From: Clostridiales bacterium | Lineage (GTDB): Bacteria > Bacillota > Clostridia > Christensenellales > CAG-138 | Assembly (NCBI GenBank): GCA_004558825.1 | Contig: SFDB01000005.1 | Span: 2,894-66,893, forward strand | Length of the DNA stretch: 64,000 nucleotides | Reading direction: 5' to 3' | Shown: piece after piece, positions 1-8,812 of the stretch | Numbering within the stretch: position 1 is the stretch's first letter | How the letters are laid out: every line of letters starts with the position of its first letter | Translations under genes and position numbers: made by a program | Notes under the pieces: generated by a model | What the model was told of the DNA's origin: nothing | What the model saw: only the letters and a program-made list of their open reading frames with translations | Databases searched by the model: none

Positions 1-3000
1 GGATTATCGTTGACATCATCGGGCTGCGGATCGCTGTCGCCCGCATCAGGGTTGCTCGGATCGATGAATTGGCTCGGATCGAAATAGTCGTCGCCGTATC
101 CATAATAGGCGCGATAGTTGGTAATATGAGCCATCGATTGCGAAACGCTCGAATTCGGTATTATAAAGCGCGCGAGCTGTTCGGCGGTAAGCTGCAGCAT
201 GTTTTGCTTGTCGTAGCTGCTGATTACGATATCGGTGCCCTCGAGGAGCTGCGTTTCCTTGCCGTAACTCAAAACGACGGTATCATTGTCATCGCCTCCG
301 TTTTCGTCATCGTTCTCACTGCTGTTGTCGAGATCCTGTGATGAGGTAAAGAAGCTGCTGTGATCGATTCCCGAGATTAGCCTGAATGCGTAGATTATAT
401 CGCTCCGTTTGTCGGGCTCGGCGAGCGGCGAAAACGCTTCGTGCATCATAGGAACTTTTTCAATCACCCTGTAGGCATATACATCGGAAATGCCTGCAAT
501 TCCGCCTATTTCGGGAACCTTCTCCTCGACAAAGCGCGGGGCCATGCCGTATGGGGCGGAAACAAGGAAGTCGGGGCGATTGTCGTTGACAACGATTTTT
601 TTGTAATCGTCGAACGAGCAGAAGCCGAGGAACAGCGCTATCAGCATTATTGAGATGATGAATGTGCTGAGCGCGAATGAAACAGTATTCTTGCTTCTGT
701 TTGACTGCGCATGGCGCTTTGATACGGAAGCAAAGGTTTGGCGCGTCGTGAGAGCGCTTTCTGAAACCGCTCTGCGTTTTACGCTCGTCTTCTTTACGCC
801 GACGCCCGACATGCTGCCGCGCAAGGGTGTGCGTATCGCAATTATCATCGGGATAAGCATTCCAAGGAACAGCGCCAAAATGCCGAATACGAGTCCGAGC
901 GCAAGCGAGGCGGGGTCAACGGAGAAAATTATTGATTTATTGGCCTGTACGTCGTTTGAAATAAATATGGCGGCGTATGATACGATGAAGCCGATTACTG
1001 CGCCGAGCGGGAGTCCGACGGCGAGAAGGTATACGCCTTCCCAAACGAGCATGCCGCCTATCTGGCCGTTGGTTGCGCCGACGGCTTTCAACAGCGCAAT
1101 CTTTCTTGTCCTGCGCTTTATCTGCGTAAGGAAAATCTGGAACACCGCGCAGGCAGTTGTGATGAATATGATGCCGACGACGGTTATTGTCAGCGTCGCC
1201 TGCGTGTCCACAACATCCTCGGGGTACGCGAGACTGTTTATGCGCAGATGCGTATTGGTGTTATCGTAGGGCGACTGCCGCAGTGAGGCGTAATACTCCC
1301 TGTCGGAGGCATCGAGGTCAGCGGCTTCGTCATCGCCCTGCAGCTTTGCGTTCAGATAAAAGTAGTAAATATCAAACTCACTATCATTTACAAGATACAT
1401 GGTTTCTTTGCCGTCCTTGTCGATGATGGTGACAGGGATCATCGAAGAATCATAGTTATATGTGGCCGGTGTTTCGATGACGCCTTTTTCGTTGAAGTAT
1501 TTTCTGTTCAGGACATATTTCGTGCTGCTGTCCCAAACCTCTACCCAGTTTTCGGTGTCCTTTCTGAAGTCACCATAAGGCATATACTTCTTGAAAATAT
1601 CGAACTTTTTAAGCGTGTCGAGTATGCGGTACTGGCTGGCGGCAGAAACGAATGATCCGCCAAGCACATCGTTGATCTCTGCTGTGCGCTCGTCTGCCTC
1701 AAGTACGAATTCCTCAACGAACATATCGAACACATCCTTGGGTACCAGCACATTTACCTCTTCTGAAGCGTGGTGATTGCCTGCGGCGTCGGTATATTCC
1801 GGTACGTCCCACACGAAGATGGCGTAGCCGTTTATGGGAGCATAGACCGTTTGGGGTTCAACCATGCAGCTTTCATCGTAATTTTTATCGCTTATAAGGC
1901 AGGGCTTGCCGTAGAGCATTACTTCACGATACGTCTGGTTTGCAAGGAACTCATAATACGTTTCGTTAACGGACTTTTCCGAGGATTCGGACGCATCAAC
2001 GCAAACGCAGTATGCCTCGACAGGAGTAAGGCTCTTTGATTTTATGAACACATTTGAGGGACAGTTGAATTTTGTGTTCGCGTCGCCGAATTTAAAGCCT
2101 TCCGTTGCCGCTTCGACTGCGCACTTTATGAAGTCCGCCCCTGATTCGCAGACAAAGCTGTTGGCAAGCGTGCTGAAACCGGTATCCCATCTGTCGGTAT
2201 ATGTTTCGATTATGCCGCAGACATTGAAATCGAGGCGGGCCACAACGTACTGATTCATTACGACGCCCTTATCGCGGATATCATTCTGAAGCTGCACGCC
2301 GCTGCCTTCAAAGTTATAATCGTCCTGCGAATAAGCGTAGTAATACTCTGTGAAGAGCTTTACGGTCATGCCCTCATATGTATAAAGCGTCGGATCGTAA
2401 GCAGTTATTTCCTTTATCGCTTCATTGCTGTCCCAGCCTAAACTCTCACCATTGAATTCAAAGTCGAAGTATAGGCTGCGATAGTAAAGATACTCGAACA
2501 GGCGCTCTGACTGCGAAAGCGGAGTGCCGTTTTGCTTGAATTGTGTCGTTACATAGCCGCGGCCTTTATAGTAGCATGAAGTTGTCGAATCAAACATCTT
2601 GCCCACGAATGATTCGCGCTCATCGGGCGAGAGAGATGACAGCGTGTCGGCGTTATTTGACTTGATTTTTGCTTTGAAAGTCTGCTTTTCATCCTCTGAT
2701 ATTGAGCCGACCTGATACTTGACTTCGACTGTTATCGTGTCGCCGACGTCGACCGAAGCGCCGAGCGCGCCGAGCTGGTTCGATTCGATAAGAATATCGT
2801 TTCTTGATTTGGGGAAGTCTCCTTCCAAAAGCTTGAAGCTGCCCATGCCGATTAGATTATCGTCGATGGTTCCTACTGTTCCTACGCCGTCGTAAGTGCC
2901 GAGCAGCTCTGAAACGGCGTATTCATCATCGTTAAAATGCGACTTTACATAGTCGATTTCGCCTTGAGTGGCCCCGAGTATCGAAGTCTGCCATGTGGCA

Positions 3001-3161
3001 TACAGTTGTTCCTTCTGATAATTCTCGGTGTGCTTTATACTTGATATAAATATAGTCGCCAGCGTTATGAACACGAATGATAACGTTATAACCGTTCTGA
3101 GAAGGAAAGTGTCTCGCTTCCGTCCTTTCATGCCCTGCTGCGCAAGTTTGCGTGTAATCAC
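1..3161 (-). CDS. FtsX-family ABC transporter permease, very large (>1050 aa); C-terminus runs off the window start
   Basis: Hand translation. GGGAGG SD, then ATG at 3167 (only 1 nt from SD) and in-frame GTG at 3161 (7-nt spacing, preferred). N-terminus (MVV)ITRKLAQQGMKGRKRDTFLLRTVITLSFVFITLATIF is a TM helix. Spot checks at nt 921-959, 1021-1140 and 3061-3167 are in the same frame. That frame gives the FtsX signature QIKRRTRKIALLKAVGATNGQIGGMLVWEGVYLLAVGLPLG at ~1030-1140. The ORF is missing from the track, consistent with having no stop inside the window. The + strand ORFs here are short shadows. Confidence 0.7.
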   Translation of the reverse strand, partial: MITRKLAQQGMKGRKRDTFLLRTVITLSFVFITLATIFISSIKHTENYQKEQLYATWQTSILGATQGEIDYVKSHFNDDEYAVSELLGTYDGVGTVGTIDDNLIGMGSFKLLEGDFPKSRNDILIESNQLGALGASVDVGDTITVEVKYQVGSISEDEKQTFKAKIKSNNADTLSSLSPDERESFVGKMFDSTTSCYYKGRGYVTTQFKQNGTPLSQSERLFEYLYYRSLYFDFEFNGESLGWDSNEAIKEITAYDPTLYTYEGMTVKLFTEYYYAYSQDDYNFEGSGVQLQNDIRDKGVVMNQYVVARLDFNVCGIIETYTDRWDTGFSTLANSFVCESGADFIKCAVEAATEGFKFGDANTKFNCPSNVFIKSKSLTPVEAYCVCVDASESSEKSVNETYYEFLANQTYREVMLYGKPCLISDKNYDESCMVEPQTVYAPINGYAIFVWDVPEYTDAAGNHHASEEVNVLVPKDVFDMFVEEFVLEADERTAEINDVLGGSFVSAASQYRILDTLKKFDIFKKYMPYGDFRKDTENWVEVWDSSTKYVLNRKYFNEKGVIETPATYNYDSSMIPVTIIDKDGKETMYLVNDSEFDIYYFYLNAKLQGDDEAADLDASDREYYASLRQSPYDNTNTHLRINSLAYPEDVVDTQATLTITVVGIIFITTACAVFQIFLTQIKRRTRKIALLKAVGATNGQIGGMLVWEGVYLLAVGLPLGAVIGFIVSYAAIFISNDVQANKSIIFSVDPASLALGLVFGILALFLGMLIPMIIAIRTPLRGSMSGVGVKKTSVKRRAVSESALTTRQTFASVSKRHAQSNRSKNTVSFALSTFIISIMLIALFLGFCSFDDYKKIVVNDNRPDFLVSAPYGMAPRFVEEKVPEIGGIAGISDVYAYRVIEKVPMMHEAFSPLAEPDKRSDIIYAFRLISGIDHSSFFTSSQDLDNSSENDDENGGDDNDTVVLSYGKETQLLEGTDIVISSYDKQNMLQLTAEQLARFIIPNSSVSQSMAHITNYRAYYGYGDDYFDPSQFIDPSNPDAGDSDPQPDDVNDN

Positions 3162-3201
3162 TACCATACCTCCCTTATACTATATAACCCGACATATTTT
3201 G

Positions 3202-3230
3202 ATTGTATACAATGCAATTATATTCTGCAA
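3202..3230 (-). promoter_or_regulatory. Putative sigmaA promoter of the FtsX permease gene (TTGCAG-17-TACAAT)
   Basis: On the minus strand, TTGCAG (3230-3225), a 17-nt spacer, then TACAAT (3207-3202), ~35 nt upstream of the start codon. Sequence match only. Confidence 0.4.
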
Positions 3231-3404
3231 TATACATTCGGAATTGTTCATAATTTTGTCAGAATTGTGACAAATAGTGACACAATTTGAAACAAGGCGA
3301 GGGGACGCTTTTTTTGGAAGCACCTGAACTTTGTATTGGAAAACCGACAGGATCAGGCGAGATGTTGAGATAATAAAACAAAGAATTTAGATATGCGTTG
3401 AGTG

Positions 3405-3435
3405 TCGAAAAAGTGGCATACTGCCACTTTTTCGA
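3405..3435. repeat. Perfect hairpin module A: TCGAAAAAGTGGCA-TAC-TGCCACTTTTTCGA (14-bp stem)
   Basis: Read directly. The same GAAAAAGTGGC/GCCACTTTTTC stem core recurs at 62046-62073. No gene ends next to it on either strand. Confidence 0.8.
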
Positions 3436-3511
3436 GCTTTTCTCGTGCTTTGCCTCTCGCATTCGCTCCAGGCGGCAATACACGCAAAGTGCGAAACCTA
3501 TGGGTTTTCAT

Positions 3512-3540
3512 CTGTTTTGACGCACATGTCGTCAAAGCAG
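3512..3540. repeat. Hairpin module B: CTGTTTTGACG-CACATGT-CGTCAAAGCAG
   Basis: 11-bp stem with one G-U pair. The TGACG/CGTCA inner stem with the reverse-complement loop (ACATGTG) recurs at 61994-62026. Confidence 0.7.
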
Positions 3541-3550
3541 GAATTATCTT

Positions 3551-3613
3551 AAGGGGCTGCGGCCCCTTCGCAGGGGCTCTGCCCCTGCACCCCGTCGGGG
3601 GACACGTCCCCCG
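3551..3613. repeat. Three tandem GC-rich mini-hairpins (7-bp stems, 3-4 nt loops)
   Basis: AAGGGGC-TGCG-GCCCCTT (3551-3568), CAGGGGC-TCT-GCCCCTG (3571-3587), CGGGGGA-CACG-TCCCCCG (3596-3613). Confidence 0.75.
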
Positions 3614-3807
3614 AACCCCCGATTGTTGGGATTGTGCGTTAAAACCTGCGTAAAAGGTGTTGAGAAAGTATTGATTACAGTAAGGATAAAAATGAATTGC
3701 AATATACAATATATTGCATTATAGAATAATAGCCTTTGCTTTTTTCGAAGTCTTCAAAACACGGCTTGAGACAAGCTTTCGCCTTTCCCAAGCTCCGCGC
3801 GGCTCGC

Positions 3808-3854
3808 GCTTCCTGCGGAAGCCTGCGCCCTGCGGGCGCGGCGGCTGCGCCGCC
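3808..3854. repeat. Three abutting 6-bp GC hairpins, each with a TGC triloop
   Basis: GCTTCC-TGC-GGAAGC (3808-3822), GCGCCC-TGC-GGGCGC (3825-3839), GGCGGC-TGC-GCCGCC (3840-3854). Confidence 0.75.
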
Positions 3855-3914
3855 CCGCTCGCCGCGCTCGGTGATTAAAAGAGGGTAGGCAAACCGCACT
3901 GCCGCAAAAATATA

Positions 3915-3943
3915 TTGTAGACCGGGTCCGTTTGGCGTACAAT
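3915..3943 (+). promoter_or_regulatory. Putative sigmaA promoter of the phosphohexomutase gene (TTGTAG-17-TACAAT)
   Basis: TTGTAG 3915-3920, 17-nt spacer, TACAAT 3938-3943. AGGAG SD at ~3958, ATG at 3971. Confidence 0.45.
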
Positions 3944-3970
3944 AAACAAAAAAGAGTTAGGAGACGCATT

Positions 3971-5683
3971 ATGGAATCATACAGAGAACGATTCGACAAA
4001 TGGCTTTCGCGGCTTGACGACGGCGATGCGTTAAAGGATGAGCTTTTGCGCGCGCAGGGCGACGACAGACTCGTGGAAGACATGTTTTATAAGGAGCTTG
4101 AATTTGGAACGGCGGGATTGCGCGGAGTGATAGGCGCAGGCACAAACAGAATGAACGCGCTCGTCGTGCGGCGCGCAACTCTTGGCCTTGCCGATTACAT
4201 ATTGTCGATTGACGGCGCAAAGGAGCGCGGCGTCGTGATAGCTTACGATTCAAGACGCTTTTCCGATGCCTTTGCCCGCATATGCGCCGAAACGCTGTCG
4301 GGGCGCGGAATAAGGGCATACCTCTTTGAATCGCTTCGCGCCGTTCCGCAGCTTTCGTTTTCGCTGCGCAGACTAAATTGTATAGCAGGCATAATGATAA
4401 CCGCGAGCCATAACCCTGCGAACTATAACGGCTACAAGGTTTATTGGGAGGATGGAGGCCAGCTCGCGCCGAAGCAGGCGGACGAAGTGCTTGCGCGCAT
4501 AAATGAGCATGACTACTTCGAGGGCTGCGCTGCGCCCGATGAAGGGCTTATAACCATTGTTGGCGGCGAGCTCGATGAGGCGTATTATGCGGCGACAAAA
4601 ACGCTCTGCCTGAACGCGGAGCTCGTTAAGAAGAAAGGCGGCGAACTCAAGATAGTCTATACTCCTCTGCACGGCGCGGGCGCAAAGCCCGTTGAAGCGA
4701 TACTGAGAAGCATAGGCATTACAAGCCTGAGCGTGGTCGAGGAGCAGCGCTGTCCGGACGGCAGCTTTCCGACGGTGCGCGTGCCGAACCCCGAGGACCG
4801 CGATGCGTTCAGGCTCGCGTTCAAGCTTGCGGAAAAAAACGGCGCCGACGTTATATTGGCGACCGATCCCGATTCGGACAGGCTCGGCGTAGCCGCAAAA
4901 AACAACGCAGGCGAATTTGTGCTGTTCACGGGCAATCAGATAGGATGCATTCTCCTGAACTACATACTGTCGTGCAAAAAAGCAAACGGCACGTTAAAAA
5001 ATAACTCGCTTGCCGCAAAATCGATAGTCAGCACCCGCCTTGCCGACGCGATATGCGCCCGCTACGGCGTGAAGATGGTCAACGTTCCTACAGGATTCCG
5101 ATTCATTTCCGAGGTTATAGATCGCTGCGAAAAAACGCATGAAAACGAGTTTTTATTCGGCTTCGAGGAGAGCTACGGCTTCCTTGCGGGCAGTTTTTCG
5201 CGCGATAAGGACGCAATATGCGCCGCAATGCTTACGGCGGAGGCATGCGTCTATTATAGGCAGCAGGGCAAGACGCTGTACGACGTGCTCAACGACATAT
5301 TTGAGGAATACGGTTATTACGCGGAAACGGTCAAATCGTACACATGCGCGGGAAAGGAAGGCATGGAGCATATAGCGTCGGTAATGAGGTTGCTCAGGCA
5401 GGCGCCGCCCGCATCGATTGGCGGCAAGCGCGTGACGATGATGGAGGACTTCAAGGCGCGCACGGCGAAGAATTTTGAAACGGGCGCAACAGGAGAAACG
5501 GAGCTCGAGCCGATGGACATGGTAAGGCTTACGCTTGAAGACGGCGCTGCGGTATGTGTTCGCCCGTCGGGAACGGAGCCGAAGCTAAAGCTTTATATTG
5601 GCACGCGCGGAAGCTCGAAAGAAAACGCGTCAGAAGGTGCGGAAGAAACGATTGCGTTTTTTGATGATATGATGAAACGATAG
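3971..5683 (+). CDS. Phosphoglucomutase/phosphomannomutase-family (alpha-D-phosphohexomutase) enzyme
   Basis: Active-site loop GIMITASHNPANYNGYKVY (TASHNP phosphoserine motif), C-terminal VRPSGTEPKLKLY. Start moved to ATG 3971 (MESYRERF...), preceded by AGGAG. The track start at 3932 is a TTG with no SD. Confidence 0.9.
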   Translation: MESYRERFDKWLSRLDDGDALKDELLRAQGDDRLVEDMFYKELEFGTAGLRGVIGAGTNRMNALVVRRATLGLADYILSIDGAKERGVVIAYDSRRFSDAFARICAETLSGRGIRAYLFESLRAVPQLSFSLRRLNCIAGIMITASHNPANYNGYKVYWEDGGQLAPKQADEVLARINEHDYFEGCAAPDEGLITIVGGELDEAYYAATKTLCLNAELVKKKGGELKIVYTPLHGAGAKPVEAILRSIGITSLSVVEEQRCPDGSFPTVRVPNPEDRDAFRLAFKLAEKNGADVILATDPDSDRLGVAAKNNAGEFVLFTGNQIGCILLNYILSCKKANGTLKNNSLAAKSIVSTRLADAICARYGVKMVNVPTGFRFISEVIDRCEKTHENEFLFGFEESYGFLAGSFSRDKDAICAAMLTAEACVYYRQQGKTLYDVLNDIFEEYGYYAETVKSYTCAGKEGMEHIASVMRLLRQAPPASIGGKRVTMMEDFKARTAKNFETGATGETELEPMDMVRLTLEDGAAVCVRPSGTEPKLKLYIGTRGSSKENASEGAEETIAFFDDMMKR

Positions 5684-5753
5684 GTGCTTGCAAAAACGCC
5701 CGTGTGACTAAAGCATGAAGCGTGACTGCTTCACGCTTAAAGCGCGGGCATTT

Positions 5754-6218
5754 TTATGTGCCGCTGCCGGCCGTGCGCGGTTTTCTGTCGTGTCCGAGAA
5801 CGCGCACCTCATCAGTGCCGGCAACTTGTATAAACGCGAATTCCACGTCGCCGTCGATTATTATGAGCGTTATAACCTCCTCGTCGGATACGGCGCAGAG
5901 CATGACGACTATATTGCCGCGCCTGTTGACGTCGGCGGAAAAGCCCGCTTCCCGAGATGCGTCGGCCGCGGCGTCGAGAATTGCGGCGTCGCTCTTGCCG
6001 TCATTCGCTTCGGACGCGAAAAGCTCGGCGGCTGTTGTATTGTCGGCGCTGCCCGACGGGTAAAGCTCGTCTGTCGACACGGCGTAGCCGTAGCGCTCGA
6101 GAAGCTTTACGAGCCGCGTCAGCTCGCCCGTGGCGTTGAGCGACACGTTCCAGATTATTGCCGCCGCAAGTATAACGGCAGCACATATTATCAATGAAGT
6201 TCTTACGCCTCTGCTCAT
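5754..6218 (-). CDS. Small N-terminally membrane-anchored protein (possibly DUF4830-like), co-transcribed with ecfT
   Basis: N-terminal TM (TSLIICAAVILAAAIIW). ATGA start/stop overlap with ecfT at 6215-6218. The + strand ORFs overlapping it are Arg/Ala-rich shadows. The family name is recalled from memory only. Confidence 0.55.
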   Translation of the reverse strand: MSRGVRTSLIICAAVILAAAIIWNVSLNATGELTRLVKLLERYGYAVSTDELYPSGSADNTTAAELFASEANDGKSDAAILDAAADASREAGFSADVNRRGNIVVMLCAVSDEEVITLIIIDGDVEFAFIQVAGTDEVRVLGHDRKPRTAGSGT

Positions 6219-7024
6219 GCGAATACCAGCCTTTCAGCCAATATTATGCCCGCGAGCATTGCTGCCGCAATCAAAAACGCGATTAGGTCGCGCGGCGCGA
6301 GCTTGAGGACTTTCATACGCGTTCGTCCCTCTCCGCCCGTGTAGCAACGGCTTTCCATCGCCATGGCGAGCTCGTCCGCACGCCTGAAAGCGCTTATGAA
6401 AAGGGGTATGAGTATGGGAATCATGTTCTTTGCGCGCTTAAATATGTTGCCCGATTCGAAATCCGCTCCGCGCGCAGCCTGTGCCTTCATTATGCGTTCG
6501 GCCTCCTCAAGGAGCGTCGGAATGAATCTGAGGGCGATCATCATCATCATGGCGAGTTCATGCGCGGGGAATTTTATTTTAGCGAGCGGCGACATGATAC
6601 GCTCAAGCCCGTCGGTGAGCGATATAGGCGTTGTCGTGAGAGTAAGCAGCGAGGTGCCGCAGACAAGCAGCACAAGACGTATCACAATGAAAAACGCCTG
6701 CTCTATGCCGTCGACGGTGAGCGTTATGAATTTCCATGAAAATATCACCCTGCCCGACTTTATGAGGAACATGTTTATTATGAACATAAACACCAAAAGC
6801 CAGCGCATGGGCTTCACTGCCTTGAACACATACGATACGGGTATGCGCGATATAAGCAGCAGCGCGACAAGGAACACGGCGACGGCGGCGTAGAGCGCCA
6901 TCGTTTTAACGGAGAACACCATTGCGATGTATATTATCATTGCCGCGAGCTTCGTGCGCGGATCGAGACGATGTATTACGCTGTTTCCCGGGAAATACTG
7001 ACCGAGCGTTATATCCTTAAACAT
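6215..7024 (-). CDS. ecfT: Energy-coupling factor (ECF) transporter transmembrane component EcfT
   Basis: HRLDPRTKL N-terminal motif, multiple TM helices, AQAARGADF coupling motif. It follows the two EcfA ATPases in the same operon. Confidence 0.9.
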   Translation of the reverse strand: MFKDITLGQYFPGNSVIHRLDPRTKLAAMIIYIAMVFSVKTMALYAAVAVFLVALLLISRIPVSYVFKAVKPMRWLLVFMFIINMFLIKSGRVIFSWKFITLTVDGIEQAFFIVIRLVLLVCGTSLLTLTTTPISLTDGLERIMSPLAKIKFPAHELAMMMMIALRFIPTLLEEAERIMKAQAARGADFESGNIFKRAKNMIPILIPLFISAFRRADELAMAMESRCYTGGEGRTRMKVLKLAPRDLIAFLIAAAMLAGIILAERLVFA

Positions 7025-7868
7025 GGCGCGTTATCTCCATTATGCGTGTGAAAAGCTCGTCCTCGGTGCATAGGCCGCCGCCAAGGTCGACACCGCGCTT
7101 TAGCAGTGCGTCCGCGAGCTTCACGGCCTGAGGCACGTCGAGCCCCATTTTGACGAGCTCGTCGCTGTGATTAAAAATATTCTCCGGCGTGTCGCACATG
7201 ACGAGCCGCCCCTTATTCATCACCGCAACCCTGTCGGCTACGCGGGCGATGTCGTCCATGGAATGGCTTACCATTACTATGCCGGTGCCGTTTTCTTTTT
7301 GCAGACGCACCAGCATGTCGAGCACGGAGCGCCTGCCCGAGGGATCAAGTCCGGCCATTGGCTCGTCGAGCACAAGGTATTTCGGGTGCATTGCAATTAT
7401 GCCGGCGAGCGCGGCGCGGCGTTTTTCGCCGCCGGAGAGATCAAAGGGTGATTTTTCGGCGAATTTATCGAAATCGAGCCCGACGAAGCGCATCGCGTCC
7501 GCTACCCGCAGCGATATTTCGTCTGCGGAGAGGCCCATGTTTTTCGGGCCGAAAGCGATGTCCTTGAATACGGTTTCTTCAAACAACTGGTACTCGGGGT
7601 ATTGGAACACCATACCGACTAGCTGCCTGCCGAGGCGGCGCATTTTTTTATCGCACATATCCGCGCCGTCAACGACAACGCGGCCCGAGCTTGGCTGCAT
7701 GAGCCCGTTAAAGTGTTGTACGAGAGTGCTCTTGCCCGAGCCCGTGTGTCCGATGACGCACAGAAATTCGCCCTCGTTTACTGTGAGGGATACATCTTCG
7801 ACGGCATTGAACGCGAGCGCGCTGCCTGTCATATATACATGGTTCAGTTTTTCGACAACAATGGGCAT
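7017..7868 (-). CDS. ecfA2: ECF transporter ATPase EcfA2
   Basis: Walker A GHTGSGKST, signature LSGGEKRRAALAGI, Walker B LVLDEP. Overlaps both ecfA1 and ecfT. Confidence 0.9.
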   Translation of the reverse strand: MPIVVEKLNHVYMTGSALAFNAVEDVSLTVNEGEFLCVIGHTGSGKSTLVQHFNGLMQPSSGRVVVDGADMCDKKMRRLGRQLVGMVFQYPEYQLFEETVFKDIAFGPKNMGLSADEISLRVADAMRFVGLDFDKFAEKSPFDLSGGEKRRAALAGIIAMHPKYLVLDEPMAGLDPSGRRSVLDMLVRLQKENGTGIVMVSHSMDDIARVADRVAVMNKGRLVMCDTPENIFNHSDELVKMGLDVPQAVKLADALLKRGVDLGGGLCTEDELFTRIMEITRHV

Positions 7869-8674
7869 AATGCCTCCGCAAGTTCATCGATACCGATTAT
7901 ACTATCGCTTATCGGGAATCCTTCCTTAATGAGCCTGTCGCGCATCGAGACGGCGATTGGCGCGTCGAGTCCGAGAGCCCTCAGCTCGTCGACACGCTTG
8001 AAGACGTTTCGCGGCGTATCGAGCATCTTAAGCTCGCCTCCGCTCATCACGGCCACGCGGTCGCAAAGCAGCGCCTCCTCCATATATTGGGTTATCATGA
8101 CGACGGTGATGCCGCGGCGCTTGTTCTGCTCCGAAACGGTTTCAAGCACTTCGCGCCTGCCTATCGGGTCAAGCATGGCGGTGGCCTCATCGAGAACGAG
8201 CGTTTTTGGCCTGAGCGCGAGTATGCCGGCGATAGCAACGCGCTGCTTTTGGCCGCCTGACAGCATATGCGGGGCGCTCTTGGCGTATTCTGTCATTCTG
8301 ACGGCCTTGAGCGCCTCGTCGACGCGCTCGAGTATCTCATCCGTAGGTACGCCGATGTTTTCGGGGCCGAAGCCCACATCCTCCTCGACGACGGTAGTGA
8401 CTATCTGGTTGTCAGGATTTTGGAAGACCATGCCGACCCTGCGGCGTATGGAGTTTAAGGCGTTTTCATCGCGCGTCGAATCTCCGTCCACGCGCACATC
8501 GCCCTCGGTCGGCAGCAGAAGGCCGTTCAGGTGCTTCGCAAGCGTGCTTTTCCCCGAACCGTTATGGCCGACGATGGCTATCATTTCGCCCGAATTTATT
8601 TCGAACGACACGTTTTTGAGGGCGTACGCGCCCGCCTCGTCGTATTTGAAGCTAATATTGTCTATGCAGATCAT
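7844..8674 (-). CDS. ecfA1: ECF transporter ATPase EcfA1
   Basis: Walker A GHNGSGKST, signature LSGGQKQRVAIAGI, Walker B LVLDEATAMLDP. Start set to ATG 8674 (MICIDNISFKY), which has an upstream GGAAAGG SD. Confidence 0.9.
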   Translation of the reverse strand: MICIDNISFKYDEAGAYALKNVSFEINSGEMIAIVGHNGSGKSTLAKHLNGLLLPTEGDVRVDGDSTRDENALNSIRRRVGMVFQNPDNQIVTTVVEEDVGFGPENIGVPTDEILERVDEALKAVRMTEYAKSAPHMLSGGQKQRVAIAGILALRPKTLVLDEATAMLDPIGRREVLETVSEQNKRRGITVVMITQYMEEALLCDRVAVMSGGELKMLDTPRNVFKRVDELRALGLDAPIAVSMRDRLIKEGFPISDSIIGIDELAEALCPLLSKN

Positions 8675-8735
8675 TTTTTGACCTTTCCTTTTCGGTACAA
8701 CACTTAAGTATAGCAAACAATCGCGTCCGACGCAA

Positions 8736-8764
8736 TTGACAAAAATGTATCGTGTTTGTATAAT
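8736..8764 (+). promoter_or_regulatory. Consensus sigmaA promoter (TTGACA-17-TATAAT) for the anion permease gene
   Basis: TTGACA 8736-8741, 17-nt spacer, TATAAT 8759-8764; both hexamers are perfect. Confidence 0.55.
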
Positions 8765-8812
8765 CAGTGCGTTTTGGAAGGCGCATGCCGTTAAGACGAG
8801 AGGTGAAACTAT

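Noticed and set aside
3353-4083. Several 74-118-aa ORFs across the 3.3-4.1 kb intergenic region
   Set aside because: They are read through palindromic GC-rich repeat modules (Ala/Arg/Pro runs), have no SD, and overlap each other on both strands.
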